64,000 nucleotides of DNA from Spirochaetia bacterium (GTDB taxonomy: Bacteria; Spirochaetota; Spirochaetia; SZUA-6; Bin103). Positions 47,013 through 56,552 of this stretch are shown here, piece after piece. The position numbers were made by a program, and so were the translations under genes. Position 1 is the first letter of the stretch, and the number at the start of each line of letters is the position of its first letter. Location of the stretch: NCBI GenBank assembly GCA_965203515.1, contig OZ241907.1, positions 32,001 to 96,000 of the forward strand, in the 5' to 3' direction. The notes under the pieces were generated by a model, which worked only from the letters and a program-made list of their open reading frames with translations, did no database searches and was not told where the DNA came from.

Positions 47013-47852
47013 TCAGCCGTAGACGGTCAGGCGGTCGGGTTTCTCCGCATCCACGGCCCACAACTCGTCGGCCTGATAGACGCGCGGAGCGTGAGGCGGG
47101 CCGGCCGGGAGCTGCCACTCCGGGTTGTACCGGCGGATCAGCTCCTGCATGTTGCGGTAGGCGATGCGGTCCTTGAGGTCGTCGTCGACCGGCGCCTGTT
47201 CGATGATCCCCTGCAGCAGGCGGTAGTCGTAGTAGGGCAGGTCGGCGCCGAAGATGATGCGCTCGCGTCCCACTCGATCGGCCAGCTTGGCGAAGTCCCA
47301 GAGGCTGCCGCGTCCATCGGGATACTGCACCACCTCGAACCAGACGTTGTCCATGCCGGCAAAGTGCTCGGCGGCGTGGCTGCTGGCGTGGGTGATGAAC
47401 GTCGCCCCGGGGAACATGCGCGCGATCTTCCCGAACAGCGCATCGTGCATGTGGATGTTGCACAGGCCGCCCCGTCCGGCGGCCATCTCCACGAACGGCA
47501 TGCACGCCTCGCGCACCGGCGGGTGGGACACGATGCCGTGCAGGCCCAGCTCGCTCATCGCCCACTCCGCCTCGTCCACGGCCACCGGTCCCAGGCAGGG
47601 CTCGATCAGCGCCAGGCCCAGCGGTACGTGCTCGGGGAAGTCCCGGCGCGCGCGGGCGATCACCCGGTTCTGGTCGCGGATGTCCTCCAGCCCGCGCAGG
47701 ATCAGACCGCCGGTGGCGGTCGGCATCGACAGGCTGGCGTAGACGTTGGTCTGGGCGAAGCGGGCCAGGCACATCGCGGTCGTCTGGCCGGTCGGCGGCA
47801 GTCGGTTCAGGGTGCGGCCGATGTGGTTGTGGCAGTCGAGATAGGGTCTCAT
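47013..47852 (-). CDS. Amidohydrolase family (Amidohydro_2-like) metallohydrolase
   Basis: LDCHNHIG, SHP, NIH, ITHA, ERIIFGADLPY; AAGGAG SD. Confidence 0.82.
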   Translation of the reverse strand: MRPYLDCHNHIGRTLNRLPPTGQTTAMCLARFAQTNVYASLSMPTATGGLILRGLEDIRDQNRVIARARRDFPEHVPLGLALIEPCLGPVAVDEAEWAMSELGLHGIVSHPPVREACMPFVEMAAGRGGLCNIHMHDALFGKIARMFPGATFITHASSHAAEHFAGMDNVWFEVVQYPDGRGSLWDFAKLADRVGRERIIFGADLPYYDYRLLQGIIEQAPVDDDLKDRIAYRNMQELIRRYNPEWQLPAGPPHAPRVYQADELWAVDAEKPDRLTVYG

Positions 47853-48928
47853 GGTCGCTCCTTGGTCGGATGTCGTTGGTCTCCGGCGGCCGGCAGCTCC
47901 ACGGCGCGCCGTTCGGCGCTGGCGCGGCGGGCAGCGGCCACGATGCGCAGGTTGTGCAGGGCCGCCGCACCGCCGATCGGCGGCGGCGCGCCGCGCGCCA
48001 GGGCGTCGAAGGTGGCGGCGAAGTAGCGCCCGTGGCCGCTCTCGGCCTGGGTCGGCCGCGGCTCCAGCGCCACCTCCCGCCATTGCCGGGTGCTGCGCGC
48101 GTACCGCCACAGCCCGCGCCCGCGGCGCATGACGCGCACGCCGCCGGCCGGGCCGTGCGCCTCGGCCAGGTTGGCGCTCTCGCCGGCGTCGCCGCCGGGC
48201 ACGCACCAGGAGGTGGCCACCGTGGACAGCGCGCCGTTGTCGTGCTCCAGCAGCAGCAGCGCCAAGTCGTCCACGTCGAAGGCGAAGTGCCGGGTCGCCA
48301 CCCGCGCCTCGACGTAGCGGACCGGTGAGCCGACCAGCGACTCCAGCAGGTATATCTCGTGATAGGCGGTGTCGTTGATGGCGCCGCCGCCGGCGGCGCG
48401 CGACGCGCGCCACACCGTGTTGGGGTCGGCTTGGTCATCGGTCTTGTTGAACAGCGACTTGGCCCGGCCGAAGAACGGCGTGCCTGTGGCCCCGTCGGCC
48501 AACAGCGACCGCGCCCGCTCCATGCCCGGCGTGAACAGGAAATTGTGCACCACCGTGTAGGGCACGTCGTGCCGGCGCACCGCAGCCAGCACCTCGTGCG
48601 CCTGCTCCACCGAGGTGGCCATCGGCTTCTCGGAGATCACCGCCACGCCGGCCGCCGCCGCGTCGATCGCCTGCTCGGCGTGCAGGTGGTGCGGCGTGGC
48701 GATGGTGACCGCGTCCAGCTCGGCGTGCTCCAGCATCTCCCGGTAGTCGGCGTAGCGCCGGTTCGGGGGCACCGCCAGCATCTCCCCCGACCGTCCCCGG
48801 CTGTCGCCGTCAGGATCGGCCAGTGCGGTGATCCGCGCCAGCTCCGGAATCGCCCGATACCCCGGCGCGTGGTGCAGCCGCACGATGCCGCCGCAGCCGA
48901 TCAGACCTACACGAACCGGTCGCTGCAT
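47849..48928 (-). CDS. Gfo/Idh/MocA family oxidoreductase
   Basis: GLIGCGGI, IATPHHLHAE, SEKPMA, GGGAINDTAYH. Confidence 0.9.
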   Translation of the reverse strand: MQRPVRVGLIGCGGIVRLHHAPGYRAIPELARITALADPDGDSRGRSGEMLAVPPNRRYADYREMLEHAELDAVTIATPHHLHAEQAIDAAAAGVAVISEKPMATSVEQAHEVLAAVRRHDVPYTVVHNFLFTPGMERARSLLADGATGTPFFGRAKSLFNKTDDQADPNTVWRASRAAGGGAINDTAYHEIYLLESLVGSPVRYVEARVATRHFAFDVDDLALLLLEHDNGALSTVATSWCVPGGDAGESANLAEAHGPAGGVRVMRRGRGLWRYARSTRQWREVALEPRPTQAESGHGRYFAATFDALARGAPPPIGGAAALHNLRIVAAARRASAERRAVELPAAGDQRHPTKERP

Positions 48929-48932
48929 ATCG

Positions 48933-50069
48933 CTACCCCCTGCCGCCCATGGCGTAGGGATCGGCGGCATCGCGCACCCCGTCGCCGACGAAATTGTACA
49001 GCAATACCGTCGCTACCACAAACAGCGCCGGCGTCAGCAGCCATGGATAGATGGCGATGCTGGTCACGTTCTGCGCCCCCTGCAGCAGCGTCCCCCAGCT
49101 CACCGCGGGCGGCTGAATCCCCAGTCCCAGGAAGCTCAGCGCCGTCTCTCCCAGGATCATGCCGGGGATCGCCAGGGTGAGTCGCACGATCAGATAGCTC
49201 AGGAAGCCGGGCAGGAGGTGGGCCGTGATGATCTTGCCCGCGCTCGTTCCGGCCAGACGGGCGGCGGTCACGTACTCGTACTCGCGCAGCTCCAGCAGCT
49301 TGCCGCGCACCACGCGCGCCACCCCGGTCCAGTTCAGCACCGACAGGATGATGGTGATCATGAAGTAGGTGCGAAGGACCGGCCAGTTCACGGGGATGAC
49401 CGCGCTCAGCGCCATCCACAGCGGAATGCTGGGGATGCTGTTGAAGACCTCGATGAGGCGCTGGATGATCAGATCGGGCGCACCGCCGAAATAGCCGGAG
49501 ATGCCGCCCAGGAGGCAGCCGAGCACGAAGCTGATCAGCACGCCCACCAGGCCGATGGTGAGGCTGACGCGGCTGCCGGCCAGGATGCGCGAAAACAGGT
49601 CGCGGCCCAGCTCGTCGGTACCCAGCAGGAACATGCGCCCCTCGCCGGCATCGAACAGGTGCAGGTCGGCGTCGATCACGCCCCAGAACCGGTACGGCTC
49701 ACCGCGCGTCAGGAAGCGCACCGGGTGGATGACGGAACGGTCCTCCACGAACTCGCGCTGGAAGGTCTCGAGGTTGACCGTGCCGGTGAGTCCGTAGACG
49801 AAGGGCGCGCGCAGACGGCCGTCGGGATCGAACAGGTGGATACGGGTCGGCGGCGCGTTGACGAACCCCTGGTGCTGGGTCAGCGAACCGTAGGGGGCGC
49901 AGAACTCGTAGGTGAACGCCACCGCATAGGCCAGCAGCAGCATGACGCCGGCGATGACCGCCATGCGGTGCCTCTTGAACTTGCGCCACATCAATTGCCG
50001 CTGCGAGGCGATGAAGTAGCGCTCCTCCGCGCTGGCGGCCTGTACGGCAGCGGTGTCGGTGGCCGCCAC
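48933..50069 (-). CDS. Opp/Dpp-type ABC permease (C subunit)
   Basis: WRKFKRHR, LGTDELGRDLFSR, EYVTAARLAG, ETALSFLGLG, GDGVRDAADP. Confidence 0.92.
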   Translation of the reverse strand: MAATDTAAVQAASAEERYFIASQRQLMWRKFKRHRMAVIAGVMLLLAYAVAFTYEFCAPYGSLTQHQGFVNAPPTRIHLFDPDGRLRAPFVYGLTGTVNLETFQREFVEDRSVIHPVRFLTRGEPYRFWGVIDADLHLFDAGEGRMFLLGTDELGRDLFSRILAGSRVSLTIGLVGVLISFVLGCLLGGISGYFGGAPDLIIQRLIEVFNSIPSIPLWMALSAVIPVNWPVLRTYFMITIILSVLNWTGVARVVRGKLLELREYEYVTAARLAGTSAGKIITAHLLPGFLSYLIVRLTLAIPGMILGETALSFLGLGIQPPAVSWGTLLQGAQNVTSIAIYPWLLTPALFVVATVLLYNFVGDGVRDAADPYAMGGRG

Positions 50070-50070
50070 G

Positions 50071-51066
50071 TCAGCCCTTGCGTTCGTAGGTGATGCGCGG
50101 GTCGACGATCACCAGCAGGATGTCCGAAATCAGCACGCCGACCACGGCCAGCGCGCTGATCACCATCAACACGCTCCCCGACAGATTGATGTCCTGGGCG
50201 CGTACGGCGGTGTACATCAGCGGTCCGAGCGTCGGCAGGCCCAGTACGATGGCGACGATCGTCTCGCCGCTGATCAGCTCCGGCAGGACGCCGCCCACCC
50301 CGCTGACCATCGGGTTCAACGCCAGCCGCACCGGGTACTTCATGATCACGCGGCGCTCCGCGATCCCCTTCGCGCGGGCGGTGATCACGTACTGCTTGCC
50401 CAGCTCGTCGAGCAGCGTGCCGCGCATGACCCGGATCGTGCCGGCCGTGGCCGCGGTGCCGATCACGATGACCGGTATCCACAGGTGGCCGATCAGGTCC
50501 ATGACCTTGGCCAGGCTCCATGGCTGCTCCTCCATGCCGGGCGAAAAGAAGCCGCCGATGCTGAGTCCGAAGTACTTGTAGAACACGTACAGCAGGATCA
50601 GTCCCAGCAGGAAGTTGGGCGTCGCCAGCCCGATGAAGCCCAGGGTGGTCAGACCGTAGTCGGGCAGGCTGTACTGGTGGGTCGCGCTGTAGATGCCGAT
50701 CGGAATCGCCACCAGATAGGTGAACAGGATGCTGACCGTCGACAGCATGATGGTGGCGCCCAGGCGTTCGGCGATCAGGTCACGTACCGGCACGCCGCGA
50801 ATCGACCGCCCCATGTCGCCGGACAGGAACTTGATGACCCAGTCGGCGTACTGAACCGCCAGGGGCCGGTCCAGGCCGTACTGGCGGCGCAACGCCAGTT
50901 CCTCCGCCTCCGTGATCACGTCGCCTTCCGCCTCCATCTGCGCCACGATCGTGTCCACGGCGTCGCCCGGCGGCAACTGGATCACGATGTAGATCACCAT
51001 GCTTATGATCACCAGGGTCACCGCCAGCAGGAGCACGCGGCGCAGCAGGTAGGAGGTGTAGTTCAT
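50071..51066 (-). CDS. Opp/Dpp-type ABC permease (B subunit)
   Basis: YLLRR, QLPPGD, YGLDRP, QYVITARAKG, VDPRI. Confidence 0.92.
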   Translation of the reverse strand: MNYTSYLLRRVLLLAVTLVIISMVIYIVIQLPPGDAVDTIVAQMEAEGDVITEAEELALRRQYGLDRPLAVQYADWVIKFLSGDMGRSIRGVPVRDLIAERLGATIMLSTVSILFTYLVAIPIGIYSATHQYSLPDYGLTTLGFIGLATPNFLLGLILLYVFYKYFGLSIGGFFSPGMEEQPWSLAKVMDLIGHLWIPVIVIGTAATAGTIRVMRGTLLDELGKQYVITARAKGIAERRVIMKYPVRLALNPMVSGVGGVLPELISGETIVAIVLGLPTLGPLMYTAVRAQDINLSGSVLMVISALAVVGVLISDILLVIVDPRITYERKG

Positions 51067-51081
51067 GTACGGGACGAGGAA

Positions 51082-51120
51082 CGGGAGAATGAACGGCAGG
51101 GCCTGCCGCCCATCCTCCCG
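51082..51120 (-). terminator. Intergenic RNA hairpin downstream of the substrate-binding-protein gene
   Basis: Minus strand cgggaggatgggcggcag-gcc-ctgccgttcattctcccg forms an 18-bp stem using G-U pairs that exist only on the transcribed strand. Confidence 0.6.
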
Positions 51121-51141
51121 AAGGTCACGTGCGGTGCGGAA

Positions 51142-53064
51142 TCATTCCGCGATGTACCACTGTTCCGGCTTGTACGGGGCATAGAAGTTGGTGTCGGAGC
51201 CCCAGAAGATGTTCTGCGCGGGAACGTTCTTCATGCGGTTGTGGATGATCACCGGGTGCGGCGCCAGCCCGACGGTCGGGATGATCGGCAGCTCGTTGGC
51301 AAAGTATTCGAAGTATGCCTTGCCGCGTTCGACCGCTTCCGGCGTGCCGGTGGCGGCCTGCTTGAACGACTGCCAGCGCTCGTTGAGCGCCTTGATGTGG
51401 TCCGGGGGCTCCATGCCGATGTCGCCGCCGGTGACGAACCACAGGCACCACTGGCGGCCCCAGCTATTCGCGGTGCATCGCTCGAAGGCGAACTCGTCCG
51501 GCGTGCCGCGTCCCAGCAGCGTGGTGCGGCCCAGGTGCCATGCCGCGATCGCCGTCTGGTTGGTGTCCAGGCGTTCGCTGAGCAGGGCGCCGTCGATCAC
51601 CTTGCAGGCGCCGTCGATGCCGACCTGACGCCAGTCGTTGGAGATCAGCTCGCAGATCGCCTGCTTGGGACCTTCCAGGACGCCGATCTCGATCACGAGG
51701 TTGAGGCGCGCGCCGTCATCGGGGCGCACGCGAAAGCCGTCGCTGTCGCGCCCGGAGAGTCCGACCGAGTCGAGCAACCGGTTGGCGCGGTCCGGATCGT
51801 AGGCCAGATTGTCGTTGTACCAGCCCTGATCGAAGAACTCCATGGTGTTCAGCGGCGTCGCCGGATGCGGGTCGCCGAGTCCGAAGAACACGATCTCGTT
51901 CATCTGATCGCGGTTCAGGGCGACCGACAGGGCGACGCGGAAGTCGCGGTTGTTGAACAGGTCGTGCAGCACCGGTTCCTCGATGTTGTGGTTGAGGAAC
52001 AGCACCAGCTCCGCGGTGCGCAGCGACTGCGCGATGATCGTCCGGTAGTCGCCCTGCGCCTCGCCCGCCCGGTAGGTGGGCAGGCTGGGCGCGCCGGTGT
52101 AGTAGGCGGCGAAGTCGACCTCGCCCGCCTGGACCTTCAGATCGTAGAGGTCCTTGTCGCCGACGTGTCTGATCTCCAGCCGGTCGGCGTAGGGAAGCTG
52201 GTTGCCGGCCGTGTCGACGTGGTGGTAGTAGGGGTTGCGCACCAGCAGCACGCGATCGCTCTCCACCACCTCCGGCGTGTGCATGTCCATGTAGGGGCGG
52301 CCGATGATCACCGCCGACTGGGTATAGCCCTGGGTGCCGTGCGCCCGGAACATCGCCATCCAGTCCTCGTATCCCAGCTCGGCGGCCAGCGCGGCGGCGT
52401 CCTCGTTGAAGCCGGCGTGAAACCGTTTCAGGTAGTGCGCGGGCTGGAACAGGACGTTGTCGCCGGAGAAGTGGGTGCGCCCGAAGCGGTCCATGGCGAC
52501 CGGGTTGGGGGCGGCCCAGGTGATGCGCAGCGTCGATTCGTCCAGCGCCTCCCAGACGGCGGTCTCTCCGCCCAGCGTAAAGAACGGATCGATGCCGCGC
52601 GGGCTGAGCTCTTCGTTGAGGATGTCCTGCTCCCACTTGAACAGCATGTCGGCGGTCGTGAACGGTTCGCCGTCCGACCAGCGCAACCCGTCGCGCAGCT
52701 TCAGGGTGAGGGTGCGGTTGTCGTTCGACCAGGCATGGCTCGCGGCCAGATCCGGTTCGAACGCGCTGGCGGTCTGGTTGTAGCGGAACAGGCCGGTGTG
52801 GCGCACCCGCAGCCCGATCGACATGCGGTCGGATACGTCCATCATGCGCACCGTGCCGCCGTAGGCGCCGATCGAATCGAACGGTTCGACCACCAGCGGA
52901 TTGGACGGCAGCCGCTCTTCGACCGGCGGCAAATCGCCGGCATCGACCATGGCTTTCAGCATCGGCGCCTCTTGGTAGGTCTGTGCCACGGCGGTGACGC
53001 CGGTGAGCATCACCAGCGGCAACACCGCCGCGAGCACGCGCCGCGGGGTGGTAAACGTCATCAT
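51142..53064 (-). CDS. ABC substrate-binding protein, family 5
   Basis: Signal peptide AVA-Q; LPPVEERLP, LRDGLRWSDGEPFTTAD, RNPYY...GNQLPY, FRVALSVALNR; AAGGAG SD. Confidence 0.92.
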   Translation of the reverse strand: MMTFTTPRRVLAAVLPLVMLTGVTAVAQTYQEAPMLKAMVDAGDLPPVEERLPSNPLVVEPFDSIGAYGGTVRMMDVSDRMSIGLRVRHTGLFRYNQTASAFEPDLAASHAWSNDNRTLTLKLRDGLRWSDGEPFTTADMLFKWEQDILNEELSPRGIDPFFTLGGETAVWEALDESTLRITWAAPNPVAMDRFGRTHFSGDNVLFQPAHYLKRFHAGFNEDAAALAAELGYEDWMAMFRAHGTQGYTQSAVIIGRPYMDMHTPEVVESDRVLLVRNPYYHHVDTAGNQLPYADRLEIRHVGDKDLYDLKVQAGEVDFAAYYTGAPSLPTYRAGEAQGDYRTIIAQSLRTAELVLFLNHNIEEPVLHDLFNNRDFRVALSVALNRDQMNEIVFFGLGDPHPATPLNTMEFFDQGWYNDNLAYDPDRANRLLDSVGLSGRDSDGFRVRPDDGARLNLVIEIGVLEGPKQAICELISNDWRQVGIDGACKVIDGALLSERLDTNQTAIAAWHLGRTTLLGRGTPDEFAFERCTANSWGRQWCLWFVTGGDIGMEPPDHIKALNERWQSFKQAATGTPEAVERGKAYFEYFANELPIIPTVGLAPHPVIIHNRMKNVPAQNIFWGSDTNFYAPYKPEQWYIAE

Positions 53065-53184
53065 GATGTGGCTACTCCTTGAAGTGGGCGGGCCTGCGAA
53101 GCCTGCCCGGTGGATTGCCGGCAGCGTACCCCGTCCGCCCGGTCCGGGCAACGGCGGAATCGGTGCTTGGATCGGTGATCGGGC

Positions 53185-54624
53185 TCAAGGCCCGGCGATC
53201 CGGCTTCGCTCCGCCTCGACGGACGCGAACCAGCGCTCCGCCGCGCCCCGCATGCGGTCGGCGCGGTCGGCATGCGCCGCCGCCAGGTCGCGCGCCTCGC
53301 AGGGGTCGTCCGCGATGTGGTACAGCTCCGGCTCGCCCGGCGCCGGCAGCCTCCGCGTCACCGGCGGATTGCGCACCGGCATCTCGAAGTGCCCGCGCGC
53401 CATCAGGTCGCGCACCGCCGCGTTGTCCGCCGGCAGCTTGACCATCGCTTCCGGGATGCGCGGCCAGTACAGCTTCCAGGGGCCGTCGCGCATCGCCAGG
53501 TTGCAGCAGGGCACCGGGTCGTAGCGGTTGAACTGCCAGAAGCGCGGCGCCGCGCCGGCGGCGCGCGTGCCGCGCAGCCGGGGCAACTGATCGCAGCCGT
53601 CGAGCGGCAGTCCGTCCGGCGTGACGCCCGCCGCGGCGGCCAGCGTCGGCAACCAGTCGCAGAAGTGGATCATCTCGTCGCAGGCGGCGCCGGCGGGCAG
53701 ACCGGCAGGCCAGCGGACGATCGCCGGCACGCGGATGCCGCCCTCCAGCACGTCCTGCTTCTGGCCGCGGAACGGACCGTTGAAGCGCTTCATGCTGAAC
53801 CGCCGCCCGCGGTGGCGCTCCAAGCCGAGCTGGGGGCCGTTGTCGCTGGTGAGCAGCACCACCGTGTCATCCGCGCAGCCGGCGGCCGCAAGGGCGTCGA
53901 GTATCTGCCCGATACCGTGATCCATGCGCGCCACCATGCCGTACAGGGTGGCCAGCGCGTCGTTCAGGTCGCCGCGCCGCCGGAACGGCGCGCAGCTCTC
54001 GTCGGGCGCCTGCAGGGGCGAGTGCGGGGCGTGGTAGGCGACCATCAGGAAGAACGGCTGCGCGGCGCCGGCGCCGGGCGGCGCGGTGTGGCGCCGCGCA
54101 TGGCGCCGGATGAAGTCGACCGCCTCGCCGGTGAAGACGTCGGTCTGGTAGCGGCCGTCGGCGCGGCGGGGACTGCCGTTGTAGTCCAGGAACCAGTGCC
54201 AGTAGTCCATGATGCCGCCCAGGAAGCCGGCGAACTCCGCGAAGCCGCGGCGGTTGGGGTGAAAGCGCGGGTCGTGCAGGCCGCTGTGCCACTTGCCGAC
54301 GTAACCGGTGCGGTAGCCGGCGGCGCCGAACGCGTCGCCGATGGTCCGTTCGCGCAGGGCGATGCGGTCCAGGCCGCGGTTCGATTCGACGCTCAGCGCG
54401 CCGCACCGGTGATGGTAGCGTCCGGTCAGCAGCGCGGCCCGCGCCGGGGCGCAGATCGGCGCGCCGCTGTAGTGCTGGGAGCAGCGCACGCCCTCGGCGG
54501 CAAGGCGATCGATGTTGGGCGTGGGCAGGATGGCGTTGCCGTAGCAGCCAAGGTCGCCGTAACCCAGGTCGTCGGCCAGGATGAGGACGACGTTGGGCCG
54601 CGCGCGCGTCGGTGCGGCAGCCAT
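53185..54624 (-). CDS. Formylglycine-type (Cys) sulfatase
   Basis: RPNVVLILADDLGYGD, CAPARAALLTGR (CxPxR), GKWH, SDNG, EGGIRVP. Confidence 0.93.
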   Translation of the reverse strand: MAAAPTRARPNVVLILADDLGYGDLGCYGNAILPTPNIDRLAAEGVRCSQHYSGAPICAPARAALLTGRYHHRCGALSVESNRGLDRIALRERTIGDAFGAAGYRTGYVGKWHSGLHDPRFHPNRRGFAEFAGFLGGIMDYWHWFLDYNGSPRRADGRYQTDVFTGEAVDFIRRHARRHTAPPGAGAAQPFFLMVAYHAPHSPLQAPDESCAPFRRRGDLNDALATLYGMVARMDHGIGQILDALAAAGCADDTVVLLTSDNGPQLGLERHRGRRFSMKRFNGPFRGQKQDVLEGGIRVPAIVRWPAGLPAGAACDEMIHFCDWLPTLAAAAGVTPDGLPLDGCDQLPRLRGTRAAGAAPRFWQFNRYDPVPCCNLAMRDGPWKLYWPRIPEAMVKLPADNAAVRDLMARGHFEMPVRNPPVTRRLPAPGEPELYHIADDPCEARDLAAAHADRADRMRGAAERWFASVEAERSRIAGP

Positions 54625-54659
54625 CGGCGGGCCGTCGGCCGGTCGGGCGCGACGCCGGG

Positions 54660-55496
54660 CTAGGAGCCGGCCGCCTGCTTGAGGTGCCGCTCCTGCCCCT
54701 GGCCGGTCACCTTATAGGTGAGGCGCGGCTGCTCGCCGCGCCGCTTCGTACCCGCGACCACCAGATTCGGGTAGGGATCGGTCGGCTTCACGAAGATCGG
54801 CCGCATGGCCGCGTCGTGGTAGCCGATCCGCACCGAGCGGCGCCAGCCGGCGGTGCGGTTCATGTCGGACCAGTGGATCGTCAGGTAGCTGAAGAACACC
54901 ACGTCGCCCGCCTTGGCGGGCACCGGCACCGATGCCACCTTGTCGGGGTGGTACTTCTCCGGCGGCAGGTAGGGCCGGGTGTGATCACCGGTGACGTGCT
55001 CCAGCGGGCCGTCCTTATGGCTGCCGGGAACCACCTGCAGGCAGCCGCTGGCCTCCGGCGCGTCGTCCAGATGGAGCAGGCAATCGACGAAGTCCGGCCC
55101 GTCGTGGGGATAGAACGGGTAGTCCTGATGCATCGGAAACGGGGTGCCGCGCTCGGGCGGCTTGGCGTGCAGGATGGTGCCGTGCCACTGCACCGCGGGA
55201 CCGACCAGGGCGCGCACGCACTCGGTGAGCCGCTGGTGAAAGATGATCCGCCCCCAGGCCGCCGAATAGAACTGCGGGTTGGCGATGAACACGGCGCGCG
55301 TGTTCTCCTGCTCGCCGGCCGGCAGGTAGTGATCGCGCCACGGCCCCTTCCAGCCGATGCTGTCCTCTCCCCACCACTCGTCGACGATGAAGTCCATCTC
55401 CCGCTCCAGTTCGGCAAGCTCCGCGTCCGTGAAGATGCCGGAGACGCGGAGATAGCCGTCGTTGCGGTATGCTTCGACCTGTTCTGCCGTCAACAT
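54660..55496 (-). CDS. PhyH-family Fe(II)/2-oxoglutarate dioxygenase
   Basis: MLTAEQVEAYRNDGYL, MHQD, GCLQVVPGSH, AGDVVFF...TIHWS..N...RR. Confidence 0.92.
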   Translation of the reverse strand: MLTAEQVEAYRNDGYLRVSGIFTDAELAELEREMDFIVDEWWGEDSIGWKGPWRDHYLPAGEQENTRAVFIANPQFYSAAWGRIIFHQRLTECVRALVGPAVQWHGTILHAKPPERGTPFPMHQDYPFYPHDGPDFVDCLLHLDDAPEASGCLQVVPGSHKDGPLEHVTGDHTRPYLPPEKYHPDKVASVPVPAKAGDVVFFSYLTIHWSDMNRTAGWRRSVRIGYHDAAMRPIFVKPTDPYPNLVVAGTKRRGEQPRLTYKVTGQGQERHLKQAAGS

Positions 55497-55577
55497 GGAA
55501 GATGAAGCGTAATCCAACCCCGCGTCCCGTGTCGAGTTGCGTGCGTCGGCGCGCGGTTCCCGTGGAGCGGCTTCGGC

Positions 55578-56552
55578 ATGGGTGACCACGAGAGGGCTGG
55601 AACCATCGGCGTGGAGCCGTTCGATACCGGGTACGGCAGCGGCTTTCAGGTGCAGATCGACTCGCCGGAGGCGATAGCGTGCGAGCTTGTGGAGGACGGG
55701 GGCGCGTTTCGCGCCCATCGACCGCCGGCCGCGCAACGGCCGCGGCGGCTGGCCTTCGTCGACGGCACGATGCGGGTGGAGGCGCGCCTGACCCGTACCG
55801 ACGATCAGGGCACGGTAACTGGGTTGGCGGGGAGCTGGGGAGTGGGCGCCGTGCTGGCGGACGCCGGACGGCCGTTGCGGTTCGATCCGGTCTCGGTCGG
55901 TCGTGCGGTGATCTTCACTTCCGGTGCGCGGGTCGAGCTGCCGTCGCAGCCCGGCGGATGGCGCTGGGACGCCGACTCGATCGCCGGCACCGAGCTGGAG
56001 GCCGCCGGTGAACGGCTGCGGCGCAAGATGCGCGACACCGAGGCCGATGTGGCCGAGTCGCTGTCGGGTCAGGGATGGCTGACCGTAATCGACGGGCCGC
56101 TGCACCATATCCGCCGCACGCGTGCACTGCCGGTCATCGGCTACGTCAAGACCCACCACCGCCCGATGCTGTCCCTGGAGGCGTGGAATCAGGTTCCCGG
56201 GCTGCCTGCCGGCGAGCGGTCCGGTCTGTTCGCCATGCGCGACGACCGGTACGGCTGCTACCTGCGCGTCGGCCTGCCCGGGCTGTGGGCCGGACCGTGG
56301 GCCGGAATCGTCCGTCTGGAGGTACCGGCCGGCGTCGGCCTGGAGCTGGCCGTGAAGACCGCGGATGCGGCGGCGGGCTGGCTCCCGGCGTTCGCCTCAG
56401 CCCCGCACCGGGACGAACGGGCGCCGGTCAACATGGGACCCGTCGTCGGTCTGGAGCGTCATCTGCACCGTCTGCAAGGTGACCGGCGCTTGGCGCTGCG
56501 GGCGGTGCGGGCGGCGGTGATGGCGCTCAACCGCGAGTCGCACGTAGCGTGA
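55578..56552 (+). CDS. nurA: NurA-like 5'-3' nuclease
   Basis: LAFVDG, VIDGPL, IGYVKTH, GERS, YLRV, GIVRLE, RAPVN..PV..LERHL; GTGA-coupled to herA. Confidence 0.75.
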   Translation: MGDHERAGTIGVEPFDTGYGSGFQVQIDSPEAIACELVEDGGAFRAHRPPAAQRPRRLAFVDGTMRVEARLTRTDDQGTVTGLAGSWGVGAVLADAGRPLRFDPVSVGRAVIFTSGARVELPSQPGGWRWDADSIAGTELEAAGERLRRKMRDTEADVAESLSGQGWLTVIDGPLHHIRRTRALPVIGYVKTHHRPMLSLEAWNQVPGLPAGERSGLFAMRDDRYGCYLRVGLPGLWAGPWAGIVRLEVPAGVGLELAVKTADAAAGWLPAFASAPHRDERAPVNMGPVVGLERHLHRLQGDRRLALRAVRAAVMALNRESHVA

